A stretch of DNA of 64,000 bases from an uncultured Acidobacteriota bacterium (GCA_963718885.1 CAVRAK010000033.1:54759-118758); one strand, 5' to 3'. Shown: positions 42,104 to 54,300, numbered from the stretch's first letter. Notes: generated from the letters alone by a model not told the origin. Program-made: numbers and translations.

Positions 42104-42814
42104 ATGGCCGAGACGACCGCGGCAGCGGCATTTGAAGAGATGAGGACCGCGGAACTGCTGGCGGCGCAGCAGAAGGCGGAGCGGCTTTTCAACGAAGTGG
42201 AGGCGCGGGGGTTGATTCGGGCCGGAATTCCTGAGAGCCAGCTCAACAAGGAGATATACGACCTGGCGCTCGAGCTTTTCGGGATTGCGACGTACTGGCA
42301 TAAGCGGATTGTGCGCGCGGGGGCCAATACGCTGCTGCCCTATGCCGAGAATCCGCCGGACCACACGATCGGCGAGGACGACATTCTGTTTGTCGATCTG
42401 GGGCCGGTCTTTGAGGAGTACGAAGCTGACTTTGGCCGCACCTTTGTGACTGGCACCGACCCCGCGAAGCTGAAGATGCGCGAGGACGTGGGCAAGGCCT
42501 TCGCCGAGGGCAAGCGCTACTTCAAGGAGCATCCGGAGATCACGGCGGATGAGCTTTTCAATTACGCGGTTTCACTGGCGGAGAAGTATGGCTGGGAGTT
42601 TGGCGGGCCGATCGCGGGGCATTTGATCGGGCAGTTTCCGCACGAGAGGATCGCCGACGACAAGGTGACGCTGTACGTGCATCCCAAGAGCAGACTGCGG
42701 ATGCGCTCGACGGATGAATTGGGGCGTCTGCGGCACTGGATACTGGAGATCCATTTTGTGGATCGAGAGCGGCAGATTGGCGGCTTCTTTGAAGAGCTGC
42801 TGACGGTGGGGTGA
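42104..42814 (+). CDS. M24 family metallopeptidase (catalytic domain only)
   Basis: DILFVDLGP..YEADFGRT, GHLIG.FPHE, ILEIH, FEEL. Confidence 0.88.
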   Translation: MAETTAAAAFEEMRTAELLAAQQKAERLFNEVEARGLIRAGIPESQLNKEIYDLALELFGIATYWHKRIVRAGANTLLPYAENPPDHTIGEDDILFVDLGPVFEEYEADFGRTFVTGTDPAKLKMREDVGKAFAEGKRYFKEHPEITADELFNYAVSLAEKYGWEFGGPIAGHLIGQFPHERIADDKVTLYVHPKSRLRMRSTDELGRLRHWILEIHFVDRERQIGGFFEELLTVG

Positions 42815-42817
42815 CGC

Positions 42818-43315
42818 CTACGCCAACGCCGCGCTGAACAGCAGATCGCCGCGAAAGCCGGACGGATATCCCGCCTCACGCACCAGCGTCGCCAGCTGCG
42901 CCCAGTGGCGCTGACTGTGCAAGAGAGCATGCCCAAGCACCTTGCGCCGTGACATCGTCACCTTTTCCGGCGAGAGCCGCGGCAGATCGAGCGTGTAGGG
43001 AGCATCCCAATCCTCGCCCGGGTTATCCAGCAAGTCGCGATAGATACGGCGCGCCTCCGCATTGATCGCGTAGATCGTATCAAGAGGCCCTGTCGGCAGA
43101 TCTTCGACCGCCGTGACCGGCAGAGCAGCCAGGCGTTGCGCCCAGCGCAGATCGGCTCCCCAGATGTGGCGCACAAGATCCTTTACTGTGGGGGCGCCTC
43201 CGATGCCGCAAGGCAGAGCAAGAAGGACGGGGTTTGCCTCGAGGTGCTGCTTCCAGAAAACCGAAGCCTCCTCGCTCCAGCCAAGCAACTCGCTCATTGA
43301 AACACCAACGCTCAT
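42818..43315 (-). CDS. DinB family protein
   Basis: LVRHIWGADLRW..HALLHSQRHWAQLATLVREAG. Confidence 0.85.
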   Translation of the reverse strand: MSVGVSMSELLGWSEEASVFWKQHLEANPVLLALPCGIGGAPTVKDLVRHIWGADLRWAQRLAALPVTAVEDLPTGPLDTIYAINAEARRIYRDLLDNPGEDWDAPYTLDLPRLSPEKVTMSRRKVLGHALLHSQRHWAQLATLVREAGYPSGFRGDLLFSAALA

Positions 43316-43328
43316 GCTCTTTCTCCGA

Positions 43329-44606
43329 TCAGGCTTTCTTCTGCAACGCACGGTGGCCGATGTCGCGGCGGTAATAGATGCCGTCGAAGTGGATTTCAGC
43401 GAGGGCCTGGTAGGCGCGCGCGAGGGCCTCGGGCAGCGAGTCGGCGTTCGCCGTGACGCCGAGGACGCGGCCGCCGCTGGTGACGAGTTGGCCGCCGACG
43501 CGGGTGGTGCCGGAGTGGAAGACTTCGACGCCGGGTACCTGAGCGGCGGAGCCGAGGCCGGTGATGGGGAAGCCGGTTTCGTAGCTGCCGGGATAGCCCG
43601 ACGAGCTGGCGACGACGCAGACCGAGGCGCCGGGGGTCCACCGAAGCGTGGTTTCGGCGAGCTTTCCATCGATGCAGGCTTCGAGGGCGTCGATGAGATC
43701 GCTTTCAAGGCGAACGAGGATGGCCTGGGTTTCAGGATCGCCGAAGCGTGCGTTGTACTCAAGGACTTCGGGTCCGCGCGGGGTCATCATGAGGCCGCAG
43801 TAGAGGACGCCGGTGAAAGGCGTGCCTTCGGCAGCCATGCCGCGGATGGTGGGTTCGGCAATGTGGCGCAGAATCCACTCGCTCATCTGGGGGTCGAGCA
43901 TCTGGTCAGTGGAGTAGACGCCCATGCCACCGGTGTTGGGGCCGCTGTCACCTTCGCCGATGCGCTTGTGGTCCTGCGCGGGAGCGAGGGGCGTGACGTG
44001 AGCGCCGTCGCTGAGGCAGAGAAAGCTGAGCTCTTCGCCCTCGAGAAATTCTTCGATGACGACCTGCTTTTCTGATTCGCCGAGGAGAGCGCCGGAGAAG
44101 AGGCCGTGCGCAGTTTCGCGGGCGATGCCTTTGGACTCGCAGATGAGGACGCCTTTGCCGGCGGCGAGGCCATCGGCTTTGACGACGATGGGTGGGTGAA
44201 AGAGGCTGATGGCTTCGTCGAATTCAGCGCCGGAGGTGCAGACGGCGTACTTGGCGGTGGGAATCTGGTGGCGCTGCATGAACTGCTTGGCAAAAGCCTT
44301 ACTGGACTCGAGGAGCGCGGCGGCCTGGGTGGGACCGAAGACGCGGAAGCCGCGCGTGCGGAGTGCGTCGACGATGCCGAGCGAGAGCGGAAGCTCTGGG
44401 CCGACGATGGTGAGCGCGGGCTGCTCGGCATGGACAAGGCGTACCATGTCGTCGAGGCTTTTGAGGTTGACCGGCAGGCAGCGGGCGACGTGAGCGATGC
44501 CGCCGTTGCCCGGAGCGCAGAGGACCTCAGTGACGCGAGGACTGCGCTTTGCCGCCCAGGCGAGGGCGTGTTCGCGGCCTCCGGAGCCAAGGATCAATAC
44601 TTTCAT
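43329..44606 (-). CDS. purD: Phosphoribosylamine-glycine ligase
   Basis: MKVLILGSGGREHALAW, KADGLAAGKGV, QDHKR..GPNTGGMG, EYNARFGDPE, YYRRDIG. Confidence 0.97.
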   Translation of the reverse strand: MKVLILGSGGREHALAWAAKRSPRVTEVLCAPGNGGIAHVARCLPVNLKSLDDMVRLVHAEQPALTIVGPELPLSLGIVDALRTRGFRVFGPTQAAALLESSKAFAKQFMQRHQIPTAKYAVCTSGAEFDEAISLFHPPIVVKADGLAAGKGVLICESKGIARETAHGLFSGALLGESEKQVVIEEFLEGEELSFLCLSDGAHVTPLAPAQDHKRIGEGDSGPNTGGMGVYSTDQMLDPQMSEWILRHIAEPTIRGMAAEGTPFTGVLYCGLMMTPRGPEVLEYNARFGDPETQAILVRLESDLIDALEACIDGKLAETTLRWTPGASVCVVASSSGYPGSYETGFPITGLGSAAQVPGVEVFHSGTTRVGGQLVTSGGRVLGVTANADSLPEALARAYQALAEIHFDGIYYRRDIGHRALQKKA

Positions 44607-44831
44607 TGCTTTCTGACTTTCCCCCGACAGGTTAGGGTCAGCGATGGGACGGGGTGAAGTCAAACCGGGTGGGAGATTCGGGATTGGTCTCAACGAGATC
44701 GCGCAATAGTACTTCGGTTTAGCGATTCCCTGTTCGGGTCATTCGGGTTGCGGACGGCGAGCGGGTAAGCTGGTTGAACCCCAAAGAATCAAGCCGATTT
44801 TGAGCCGTTTCGTGAGCAAGGAAAGATCGAA

Positions 44832-45317
44832 ATGAAACGTCTGATTGTGTTTCTGTGTCTCGGAGTCTTCGCGAGCCTGGGAAGGGCTCAGACGCGGTGG
44901 TGCTCTTCGGCCGCGAGTACGTCGACCTATTTTTTCTACCCGGCGGCGGCACGCATGGGAAAGATTCAGGGCGTGGTGATTGGGCGTGTGACGATTTTGC
45001 CGGGCGGGCGCGTGGAGCGGGTGGAGATTGTGAGCGGGCCGCCGGTGCTGGCGAAGGCGCTTCGCGACCAGATGATGAAATGGACGCTGCGCGCAGAGAC
45101 GGATAACGACGAAGCCTGCCAAACACTGGTGATTGCGGATTTCAAAATAAGCAGTCCCTATGGAAAGAATCTGCTGGATGAGCCGAAGCCGGCGCCTCCC
45201 GGAGTGATGAGGCTGCTGGTGGAAGCGGATGACGCAGTGGAGCACGATGCCGATCGGGCGGATGCGCAAGGGGCCCCGCCGCCGGGTAATCTGGAGAGCA
45301 GCAGCCGCAGGCCCTGA
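44832..45317 (+). CDS. Exported protein with TonB C-terminal-like domain
   Basis: Signal peptide; YPAAARMGKIQGVV..TILPGGRVERVEIVSGPPVL..KW. Confidence 0.7.
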   Translation: MKRLIVFLCLGVFASLGRAQTRWCSSAASTSTYFFYPAAARMGKIQGVVIGRVTILPGGRVERVEIVSGPPVLAKALRDQMMKWTLRAETDNDEACQTLVIADFKISSPYGKNLLDEPKPAPPGVMRLLVEADDAVEHDADRADAQGAPPPGNLESSSRRP

Positions 45318-45356
45318 GGGAATGAAGCCGGGCGCGCGGCCGGACTGATTTCCTGC

Positions 45357-45539
45357 ATGGACGAAAAGCCTGATACATCGAATTTGAAACGCGGGGGCGA
45401 TCTGCGCGCGGCGCAGGCGCGTGCCTTCAGGCGCAATCAGGCGCTGGCGCTCGTGGCGCTGGCGGCGGGCGTGTGCCTGTGGTGGCTCTTTCATACCAAT
45501 CCCAGGTGGATATTCCCGGCGGGATGGTGGCGCCTGTGA
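45357..45539 (+). CDS. Small single-pass membrane protein
   Basis: 60 aa, one TM helix, WIFPAGWWRL end; GTGA overlap with miaA. Confidence 0.6.
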   Translation: MDEKPDTSNLKRGGDLRAAQARAFRRNQALALVALAAGVCLWWLFHTNPRWIFPAGWWRL

Positions 45540-46562
45540 CTGCTTCGCGCAGGGCGAATAGCGGCTTCGCCACGGACTCCGCGCAGATCGCAAGCGTTTC
45601 CGCCAAAGATCCGCTGGCAGTGATTCTGCTGGGGCCGACCGGCGGCGGTAAGACGGCGCTGTCGCTGGCCCTGGCGGAGCGCTTTGGCGGCGAGATTGTG
45701 AGCTGTGACTCGGTCGCCGTCTATCGCGGAATGGATGTGGGATCGGCGAAGCCTTCTCTGGCGGAGCGGGCGCGGGCGCGGCATCACCTGATCGACGTGG
45801 CGGACCCGGATGAGGCATTTACCGCGGGCGAATACAGCAGGCAGGCGCGCGCGGCGCTCAAGGAGATTGCGGAACGCGGGAAACTGCCGATTGTGACGGG
45901 TGGAACGGGGCTGTATCTGCGGGCATTGACGGAGGGGTTGTTTGCGGGGCCGGCGCGGCACGAGGATCTGCGTGTGCGGCTGCGGGCAAGCGCGGAGAAG
46001 CGCGGCGCGGCGTGGCTGCATCGGGTTCTGGCGCGGCTGGACACGGCGCGGGCCGCGGAAGTGCATGCCAACGACACGGCGAAGGTGATCCGCGCGATTG
46101 AGGTGTGCCTCGCGGCACGGCGGCCGATGAGCGAGGTGATGGCGTCGCCGGAGACGGTGAATGCGCCGCTGACGGGTTTCAGGCTGCTGCGGATCGGGCT
46201 GAATCCTCCGCGCGCGGCGTTGTATGAGCGGCTCAACCGGCGCTGCGCGGAGATGTTCAGGGCAGGACTGGTCGAGGAGACGCGCGGGCTGCTCGCGCGC
46301 TACGGGCCGGTGAAGGCGCTGGATTCGCTGGGCTACCGGCAGGCGCAGGCCGCGTTGACGGGGACGCTGACGCTCGACGCTGCGATCGAAGCCGCACAGC
46401 AGGGGCACAGGAACTACGCGAAGCGGCAGCTGACGTGGTTCCGGCGCGAGCCCGGGGTGGAATGGATCGAGGCCTTCGGGGATGAGGCGGAAAACGGTGG
46501 AAGAGGTTAGCCGGCGAGTGTCGGGATGCTTGTTACGACGTGGTGAAGCCCGCGCAGGGTGA
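45536..46562 (+). CDS. miaA: tRNA dimethylallyltransferase; probable frameshift near 46492 (ORF as given stops at 46510)
   Basis: GPTGGGKT, DSVAVYRGMDVGSAKP, HHLID, GGTGLY, SLGY, YAKRQLTWFR. Confidence 0.95.
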
Positions 46563-46708
46563 AGGAGTTGCGGGCTGCGGAGTTAGGCTGCGCTGGGCTG
46601 CTCGGGAGCCGAATGCCAAGCGGAAATGAGAGCGCTTGCGGAAGCATCAGGTGAAGATTCGATTGACACGGCAGGGAGTGGGTGCAATAAAGTCCCTTAA
46701 AACCGAAA

Positions 46709-46724
46709 ATGTATACGATTGCAT
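46709..46724. promoter_or_regulatory. Putative LacI-family operator upstream of the GH35 gene
   Basis: ATGTATACGATTGCAT; TTGACA at 46663; matches the site at 51214 (reverse complement) at 14 of 16 positions. Confidence 0.7.
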
Positions 46725-46744
46725 TTCAAGCGGGGTGGGGGATC

Positions 46745-48370
46745 ATGGGTGTGTCTGCTTTCCGTAATTCGCTGAAGTATTTTTTATTGGCTCTTGCGCT
46801 GGCGTTGCCGTGGTACGGGACCGGGGCGTGGAGCCAGACGCCGGCGCCTGAGCTGGTCAAGAAGGACGGGCGGTTTGCGCTGATGGTGGAAGGGCGTCCG
46901 TTCCTGGTTCTTGGCGGGCAGATCCACAATTCAAGTGGATGGCCGAGCGAGCTGCCGCAGGTGTGGGAGTCGATGGCGGCGCTGCACGCGAACACGGTCG
47001 AGGCCCCGATTTACTGGGAGCAGCTTGAGGCGAAGGAAGGCCAGTTCGATTTTGCCAACGTGGATGCCATCGTGCAGGGTGCGCGCGAGCATGATCTGCA
47101 CGTGGTTTTGCTGTGGTTCGGCACGTGGAAGAACGGCAACATGCATTACGCGCCGTCGTGGGTGAAGGAAGACACGAAGCGCTTTCCGCGTGTGATCCGC
47201 CCGGATGGGGAGCCGATCGACGTGCTGTCGCCGCTGGGTGAGGAGACGCTTGCCGCCGACAAGAAAGCTTTCGTCGCGCTGATGCAGCATCTGAAGCAGA
47301 TCGACAACGATCGGCACACGGTGATCGCCATCCAGGTCGAAAACGAGTCGGGCAATATCGGAAGCGTGCGCGACAACTCGCCGGCCGCGAACCGCGCATT
47401 TGCCGGGCAGGTGCCGGCGGCGATGCTGGCGGCGGCACATAAACAGCCGGGCACATGGAGCGCGGTCTTCGGCAGCGAAGCGGACGAGATGTTCCAGGTC
47501 TACTACCAGGCGAAGTACATCAACGCGATTGCCGCGGCAGGCAAGGCGGAGTTCGCGATTCCGTATTACATCAACGTGTGGATCGACTATCCGGCGGCGG
47601 AGCTGCCGCAGCGGCAGATGGATACGCCGGGAATCGGTTACCCGAGCGGAGGCGCGGTGCAGAAGCTGGTGGGCGTCTGGCGCGCGCTGGCTCCCTCGAT
47701 CGACATGATCGGGCCCGACATCTACACCGACGATTCGCCGTACTATCGCGAAACGATGCAGGCATATCAGCGGGCGGACAACGCGTTATGGATTCCGGAG
47801 ACGGGCCGCTCGGACAGCTTCGGAAAATTCTTTTTCTATGCGCTGGGGAATGGCGCGCTCTGCTTCTCTCCCTTCGGAGTCGACAAATCCGGCTGGAACA
47901 TTCTGGGCGACGAGGCGTGGACGGCGCATGCGCGCAACTTTGCGCTGGTGGGGCCGATGCAGCGTGAAATTGCCGCGCTGGAGTTTGCGGGGAAGGTCAA
48001 GACGGCGGTGGAAGAGCCGGGCAGCGCGACGCAGGAGGTGGACTTTGGCGACTGGCAGGCCACGGTAGCGTTTGGATTTCCGCAGCAGGATGGACGGCGG
48101 GCGCCGGGCACGAAAGATGCGCACGGGGCGGCGCTGATTGCGCAGACGGGGCCAAACGAATTCCTCGTGACAGGCGTGGATGCGAGCGTCGTTTTTCATT
48201 TACCGGGAAAGCAGCCGTGGATCCGGAGCGAAATCGTAACTGCGGAAGAAGGCAGCTACGTGAACGGCACCTGGAAGGCGGCGCGGTTGTGGAACGGCGA
48301 TGAGACGGACCGCGGTTTGACGTTTCACGAGGCGCCTGCGGTGGTGCGGGTGACGATGGGCCGATTCTGA
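46745..48370 (+). CDS. Secreted GH35-like glycoside hydrolase with DUF5597-like C-terminus
   Basis: GGQIHNSS, ANTVEAPIYWEQLE..EGQFDF, LWFGTWKNG, QVENE, PDIY, WIPET, LWNGDE. Confidence 0.88.
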   Translation: MGVSAFRNSLKYFLLALALALPWYGTGAWSQTPAPELVKKDGRFALMVEGRPFLVLGGQIHNSSGWPSELPQVWESMAALHANTVEAPIYWEQLEAKEGQFDFANVDAIVQGAREHDLHVVLLWFGTWKNGNMHYAPSWVKEDTKRFPRVIRPDGEPIDVLSPLGEETLAADKKAFVALMQHLKQIDNDRHTVIAIQVENESGNIGSVRDNSPAANRAFAGQVPAAMLAAAHKQPGTWSAVFGSEADEMFQVYYQAKYINAIAAAGKAEFAIPYYINVWIDYPAAELPQRQMDTPGIGYPSGGAVQKLVGVWRALAPSIDMIGPDIYTDDSPYYRETMQAYQRADNALWIPETGRSDSFGKFFFYALGNGALCFSPFGVDKSGWNILGDEAWTAHARNFALVGPMQREIAALEFAGKVKTAVEEPGSATQEVDFGDWQATVAFGFPQQDGRRAPGTKDAHGAALIAQTGPNEFLVTGVDASVVFHLPGKQPWIRSEIVTAEEGSYVNGTWKAARLWNGDETDRGLTFHEAPAVVRVTMGRF

Positions 48371-48425
48371 GGGGCAATCCAGGGGGGATGGTTCTAAGAT
48401 AACGGGCGGCCCTCTGGAAGCCACT

Positions 48426-50002
48426 ATGATCGCGAACGGACCAGGAATTTTGTTGGCCGCACTGTATGCGGACTGCTGCTTGCAGTGGGAGCGGTGGCCG
48501 GGCGGAGAAAACGCAGCTCGCGTCAGTTTTTGAATGCGACCGGCGCGCTGCCGTTATGGATTTGCATCGTCGCGGCGATTGCGGCGAACTGCGGCTCGCT
48601 GGAAGTGATTGCCATGATGGCGCTGGGTGCGCAATATGGCATGCTAGCGTGCCATTTCTACTGGATCGGCGCGATTCCGGCGCTTGTGGTGCTTGCTTTC
48701 TGGTTGCTACCCTCCTACACCCGCGAGGGCTGCCCCACCGTGCCGGAGTTTGTGGGCCGGCACTACGGAACGACGACGCAACTGCTGGTGACGACGGCCA
48801 TGGCGGCAATGATGCTGCTGCTGGCGGGCGTCTGCCTGTGCGCCGCGGCGGAGGTGCTGACCTCCTTTTTCGGGTGGAAGTTCTACGAAGGGATTCTGCT
48901 GGTGGCGCCGGTGGTGTTGTGTTACACGCTGGCCGGCGGATTGCGCGCGACGGTGTACACGCAACTGCTGCACTTTGCGCTGGTGCTGGCTGCGGTTGTG
49001 CCGCTGGCGGTGGTGGTGACGCGCAGCATGGGCGGCCTTTCGGCAGCGCTGGCAGCGATTCCGGCAGCGCGGATGCATGCGTGGCAGACGCTGCCGTGGT
49101 TCGGGCCGGGCGCACTGATGGACAGAGTGGGTCTGATCGCGGGCCTGGGACTGGTGTTGAGCTTCGGCTACTGGAGCACGGATTTCGTCCTGATGCAGAG
49201 GGCGCTGGCTGTTCGGCGGGCGCAGGATGTGCGTTACGTTCCGCTGGCGCTGGCCGGCGCCAAGCTGATTTTTCCGCTGCTGATTGTTTTGCCGGGATTA
49301 CTGGCGCCGGTGGTGCTGCGCGGAGAACTGGGTGATGACTGGAATGCGGCGTTGCCGCTGATGATGCGGCATTTCTTCACGCCAGCGTGGCTGCTTGTGG
49401 GGCTGACTGGGCTGATGGCGAGCCTGGTGGCCACGTTTGCCAACAACATCTCCGGCTTCACAGCGGCTTGGATGGAGGGCATCTACCGGCCATGGATGCG
49501 AGGTCCTGCAACCGATGCGCATTATCTTCGAATGAGCCGCGTCACCACGGCCGCGGCGGTGCTCGCGTCGGCAGGCACGGCGTTTATCGCGCTCGATTAC
49601 CGGAGCCTGATGGAATATATGCAAATGATCTTCGCGGTCTTTAACGCGCCGATTTTCGCAGTGGTGGCCCTGGCCGCGGTGGCGCCGCACCGAGCGGCAA
49701 ACGGCGGTTCCGGAGGGTTTATTCTCGGGCTGGGATGCGCGGCGGCGCACCAGATGGCAGTGCACGCCGGCCTGCTGCACTACGGCAGCCGCATGAGCGC
49801 CAACTTTTACGCGGCAATCGCTGCATTTGTGGTGGCCCTCACGTGCACGCTGCTTTTTCACCGGCTGCGCGGCGGAGCGACGATGCAGGACGCGACTGCG
49901 ACGGGTGTGGAGCAGGACGCGGGCATGGTTTCGCGGCGGCACATCGTGCTGGCGGGCGGCGCACTGCTATTGTGCTGCGCGTGCAACATCTACTTCTGGT
50001 AG
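48426..50002 (+). CDS. Sodium:solute symporter family protein; frameshift near 48470
   Basis: AANCGSLE, HFYWIGAIPA, YTLAGGLRATVYT, SFGYWSTDFVLMQRAL; many TM helices. Confidence 0.9.
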
Positions 50003-50005
50003 GGA

Positions 50006-51043
50006 TCAGGAGCGCTTGCGACGCGCGGTTTTTGCCCGCACCGGCGCGGGCCCGGTGGACTCGCGCACAATCAACCGGACGGGCAGCTTGAACCGCTTTC
50101 CGGGCTGCGAAGGATGATCAGTGGCAAGGCGAAGGGCCTCGAGCAGGAGGCGCGCGTACTCGCGGCGTGAGATGCGAAGCGTGGTTAGGGGCGGATAGAC
50201 GATGTCGCTCATCTCGATGTCGTCGCACCCCGCAATGGAAAGATCGCGAGGAATGACGAGATTGGCGCGATGCGCGGCACGCAATGCACCGATGGCGGTG
50301 AGATCGTTGGCCGCGACGACGGCGGTGGGCAGCACGGAGCAGGAGAGGATCTTTTCCATCGCGGAGACCCCGCCATCGATGCGGTAATCGCCGCTCACGA
50401 TCCATTCCTCGCGGGAGGAGAGGCCATGACGGACGACGGCCCCCAAGAACGCATCCATGCGGGCGCGTGAGGTGATGAGGCCGGGCGTGCCGCCGATGAA
50501 GCCCACCTGGCGATGGCCAAGCTTTTTGAGATGCGTTACGAGCTGCGTCATGCCGTCGGCGAAGTCAACGACGATGTCGTACACGCCGGCCGCGGTGCGG
50601 TAGTGGTCCGTGGTGACGACGGGAATGCGGTTCTGAATCAGGGCTTCGAGTGAAGCGGTTTCGAGCTCGGAAACGAGAATGGCCACACCATCGACGCGGC
50701 GCAGGAGCATGCGGCGCAGGGAGCGCTGCGTGCGGGTTGCGCGAAAGTCGGTGTTGGCGACCAGGAGTTCCAGGTCGTTTTCGACGAGCAGCTCTTCGAA
50801 GATCTTGACGAGTTCGGTAAAGAAGGGGTTAGTGAGATCGGGGATGACGATTCCGTAGATCTGGCTTTTGCCATTCTTCAGGTGGACGGCGTTGCGGTTG
50901 GGAACGAAGTTGAGGTCCTGAATGATTTTCCTGACGTGCCTGGCTGTTTCTTCGGTGACGAGGTTCGAACCGTTGATGACGCGCGACACCGTGGCGGAGG
51001 AAACCCCGGCAAGCTGCGCGATCTTGCGGATGCCCAGTGACAT
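50006..51043 (-). CDS. LacI family transcriptional regulator
   Basis: IRKIAQLAGVSSATVSRVIN, PDLTNPFF, NDLTAIGAL, SIAGCDD..PPLTT. Confidence 0.95.
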   Translation of the reverse strand: MSLGIRKIAQLAGVSSATVSRVINGSNLVTEETARHVRKIIQDLNFVPNRNAVHLKNGKSQIYGIVIPDLTNPFFTELVKIFEELLVENDLELLVANTDFRATRTQRSLRRMLLRRVDGVAILVSELETASLEALIQNRIPVVTTDHYRTAAGVYDIVVDFADGMTQLVTHLKKLGHRQVGFIGGTPGLITSRARMDAFLGAVVRHGLSSREEWIVSGDYRIDGGVSAMEKILSCSVLPTAVVAANDLTAIGALRAAHRANLVIPRDLSIAGCDDIEMSDIVYPPLTTLRISRREYARLLLEALRLATDHPSQPGKRFKLPVRLIVRESTGPAPVRAKTARRKRS

Positions 51044-51157
51044 TCATCTCCTGAATCGATGAATCTTGGACTCTGAAACCAATCGTAAGTCACAAGGGCT
51101 GCTTGAGGGCGGGCGCGGGGGTTGCAATAAGTGTTACGGGGTGGTTATAAAAATTTC

Positions 51158-51229
51158 TTGACAAGGCTATTTTGCCAAGCGTAATGTCCCGTCCGAAGCA
51201 GCAGAACAACTGTATGTAACCGTATACAT
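51158..51229 (+). promoter_or_regulatory. Sigma70-type promoter plus LacI operator for TBDR4
   Basis: TTGACA (51158), 18 bp, TAATGT; operator ATGTAACCGTATACAT at 51214-51229. Confidence 0.7.
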
Positions 51230-51339
51230 TCAAGGGACCCCCGAAACGAGTGGGTGTCTCGTGGTGTTTGATAGCCACCGTTGTTTCCCCGGTTGTCAAT
51301 CGATTTGTGGCACGCACGGCGTGCATTTGGAGGCAAGAG

Positions 51340-54300
51340 ATGTCCCGGAAATTCGGCAGATTGCTGGTAATTCTCACTGTAGCTTTGCTGGCCGGCTCGC
51401 TCCCATGTTTGTGGGGCCAGGCGGACCAGGGAACAATCACGGGCGTTGTCCAGGATCCTTCGGGAGCGGTCATCGCCAATGCGAATGTAACGCTTATCAG
51501 CGAGGATACCGGCGCAAGGCTGACGGCCACAACGGATGGCGGCGGAGTGTACGTCTTCTCTCCCATCAAGATCGGAAAGTACAAAGTCACGGCGACGGCG
51601 GCGGGCTTTGAAACTACGACGCAAACGAATCTGCACCTCAGCATTCAGCAGCGCCTGAACGTGGTGGTGACGCTGAAGCCGGGCGCGGCAACGGAAACGG
51701 TGACGGTGACGACCGAGGCTCCGCTGATGCAGACGCAGGAGAGCTCGACCGGGCAGGTGATCGACACGGAAACGATCAACAACGTGCCGCTGAACGGCCG
51801 CAACTGGGTATTCATCGCGCAGCTTTCGGCAGGCGCGGTGCCGCCGCAAGGCTCGCGCGGCGCGGGCAAGGGTGACTTCAACGCCAACGGGCAACGGGCC
51901 GAAGAGAACAATTTCATTCTTGACGGCGTGGACAACAACGCCAACGTTGTGGACTTTTACAACGGCGCTAGCTTTGTTGCGCAGCCGCCGCCGGATGCAC
52001 TGGCAGAGTTCAAGGTACAGACGAGCGATTACTCGGCCGAGTTTGGGCACGCGGCAGGCGCGGTGATCAACGCCAGCCTCAAGTCGGGCACCAATCAATT
52101 CCACGGCAGCGCGTGGGAATACCTGCGCAACACGATCTTCGACACGTACAACTGGAACTCCGACACGACGAAGCCCGTTCCGGGATACCACGAGAACCAG
52201 TTTGGCGCGACGCTCGGCGGACCGATCATCCGCAACAAGCTGTTCCTGTTTGCCGACGCACAGGCGAATCGTATCGTGTTCAACGAAAGCGGCACATACT
52301 CGGTTCCGACCGCGAAGATGCGTCTCGGCGACCTGTCGGAACTGCTGGACAGCACCGCGAACGGCGGATCGAGCGTGCAGCTCTATCACCAGACCGCAGC
52401 CGCGGCGCCGGCAGCCGTTCACGAATAACTGCCTGGCTACCAGCACAAGCTGCACGAGCAACATCAATGCCCCGCTGAATGCAACCGCGGTGGCGATGTT
52501 GAACTACTATCCGCAGCCCAACCACCAGGATGGAAGCCACTGGTACAACAACTACATTGCCACGCGTCCGGTGATCGACAACACGTTCCAGTGGGACGCG
52601 CGCATGGATTACAACATCTCGGCCAAAGACACGGCCTACTCGCGGTTCAGCTTCTGGAATCAAATGGGCCACAATGCTCCGCCCCTCGGTGACATTCTGG
52701 ACGGCGGAGGATTCGGCGACGACGGCAAGCAGAAGAACCTCGGAGACAACTTCATGTTCTCTGAGACGCACGTCTTCGCGCCGACGCTGACCAACGAGGC
52801 CCGCTTCGGGTTCAACTACATGCACACCGGCTTCCAACATCCCAATGCTGCGAATCTGGATTTCGCCAACAGCGTAGGCTTCGGCGGCATCCCGAATGCG
52901 CCGCTGAATGGCGGTCTGCCGGCGGTAGGCGTGACGGGGATCTCGGGATTCGGCAGCCCGACGTGGTCAACGACCGACGAGCACCAGAACGTTTACCAGA
53001 TCCTAGACAACGTAACCAAGATCGCCGGCAGCCACGCGCTGAAGGCCGGTGTGAGCTTCCAGAACATCCGCTTCTCAACCCTGCAGCCGCAGCAGTCACG
53101 CGGCTCTTACAACTACACGGGTGTTTACACCAGCAACCTGAACGCCTCGAACACCGGATCGGGCATCGCAGATTTTCTGCTCGATCAGCAGCACGACGCC
53201 GGCCTTTCAAACGAAGTGACGAATGGCGACCAGCGCGCGAACAACTCTGTGTACTTCCAGGATGACTGGCGCGTCAAGCCGAACCTGACGGTCAACCTCG
53301 GCCTGCGCTGGGAGTTCTTCCAGCCCTACCAGGACGTAGGCGGCTACCAGGCTTCTTACAACCTGACGGGCGCACCCTCGTTCAATGCGGCAACCGGATA
53401 CGGTAGCGCCACCGCGCAATATCTGATCCCGAAAGAATCGTTCGGCTACGCGATGGGCATCATCAACAGCTCTTCCTACAGTCCCAACTTCGGTGACGTG
53501 ATGGCTGAGGACGGCGTAACAGCGGTTTCGACCGACGATCCTCACCTGCTGAAGGCCCAGCACACGGACTTCGCTCCCCGCGTCGGCGTTGCGTGGTCAA
53601 TGAATCCAAGAACCGTGGTTCGCGCCGGCTTCGGCATCTTCTACGGTGGACTGGAGAGCACGGGCTACTGGCCGAACCTGGGCGAAAACTATCCGTTCCA
53701 GTTCACGGGCAGCTTTCCATGGGGAGGATGCGGGACGTTCCAGTGCGCCACGGACGGCATCACGATCGCGAACGGTTTTTCGGCGATCATCGCGAGCGGC
53801 TTTGCTTCGAATGTGACCAACCTGACGATGCGCGGTTCTGATCCGAGCATCAAGACGCCGTATACCCAGGGCTGGAATATATCGATCGAGCGCAGCATCA
53901 CGAACTCGATTGTGGCCACGGCCAGCTACGTGGGCAACGGATCGCGCCACATGCAGGTTTTCCCCGACCCGAACAACCCACTGGCGCTCGCCAACCCCAA
54001 CGTGAGCTCGCAGAACTCACGTCCGCTGCCGCACTTTGGAGGTTCTTCGTACACCTCCTACAGCGGCATGAGCAGCTACAACAGCCTCCAGACGAAACTC
54101 GAGAAACGGCTTTCGCACGGCGCGAGTTTCCTGGCCACCTACACGTGGTCGCACTCTCTCGACGATGCCCCGACGCCGCTGGGAACCACGGGCGACGGCG
54201 GCTTCCGCCAATCGAACCTGGTACCGATTCGTATGGACTATTCGAACTCGGGCTTCGATACGCGGAACCGGCTGACGCTCAACGCCTACTACGATCTGCC

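Noticed and set aside
41408-43762. Long N-terminal extensions of the GAF (to 42532) and DinB (to 43762) ORFs
   Set aside because: They overlap the M24 peptidase and purD genes; the recognisable domains start at 41929 and 43315.
44607-44831. ZTP or purine riboswitch upstream of purD
   Set aside because: No GACTGGCG/CGCCTGGG or purine aptamer consensus seen on the - strand.
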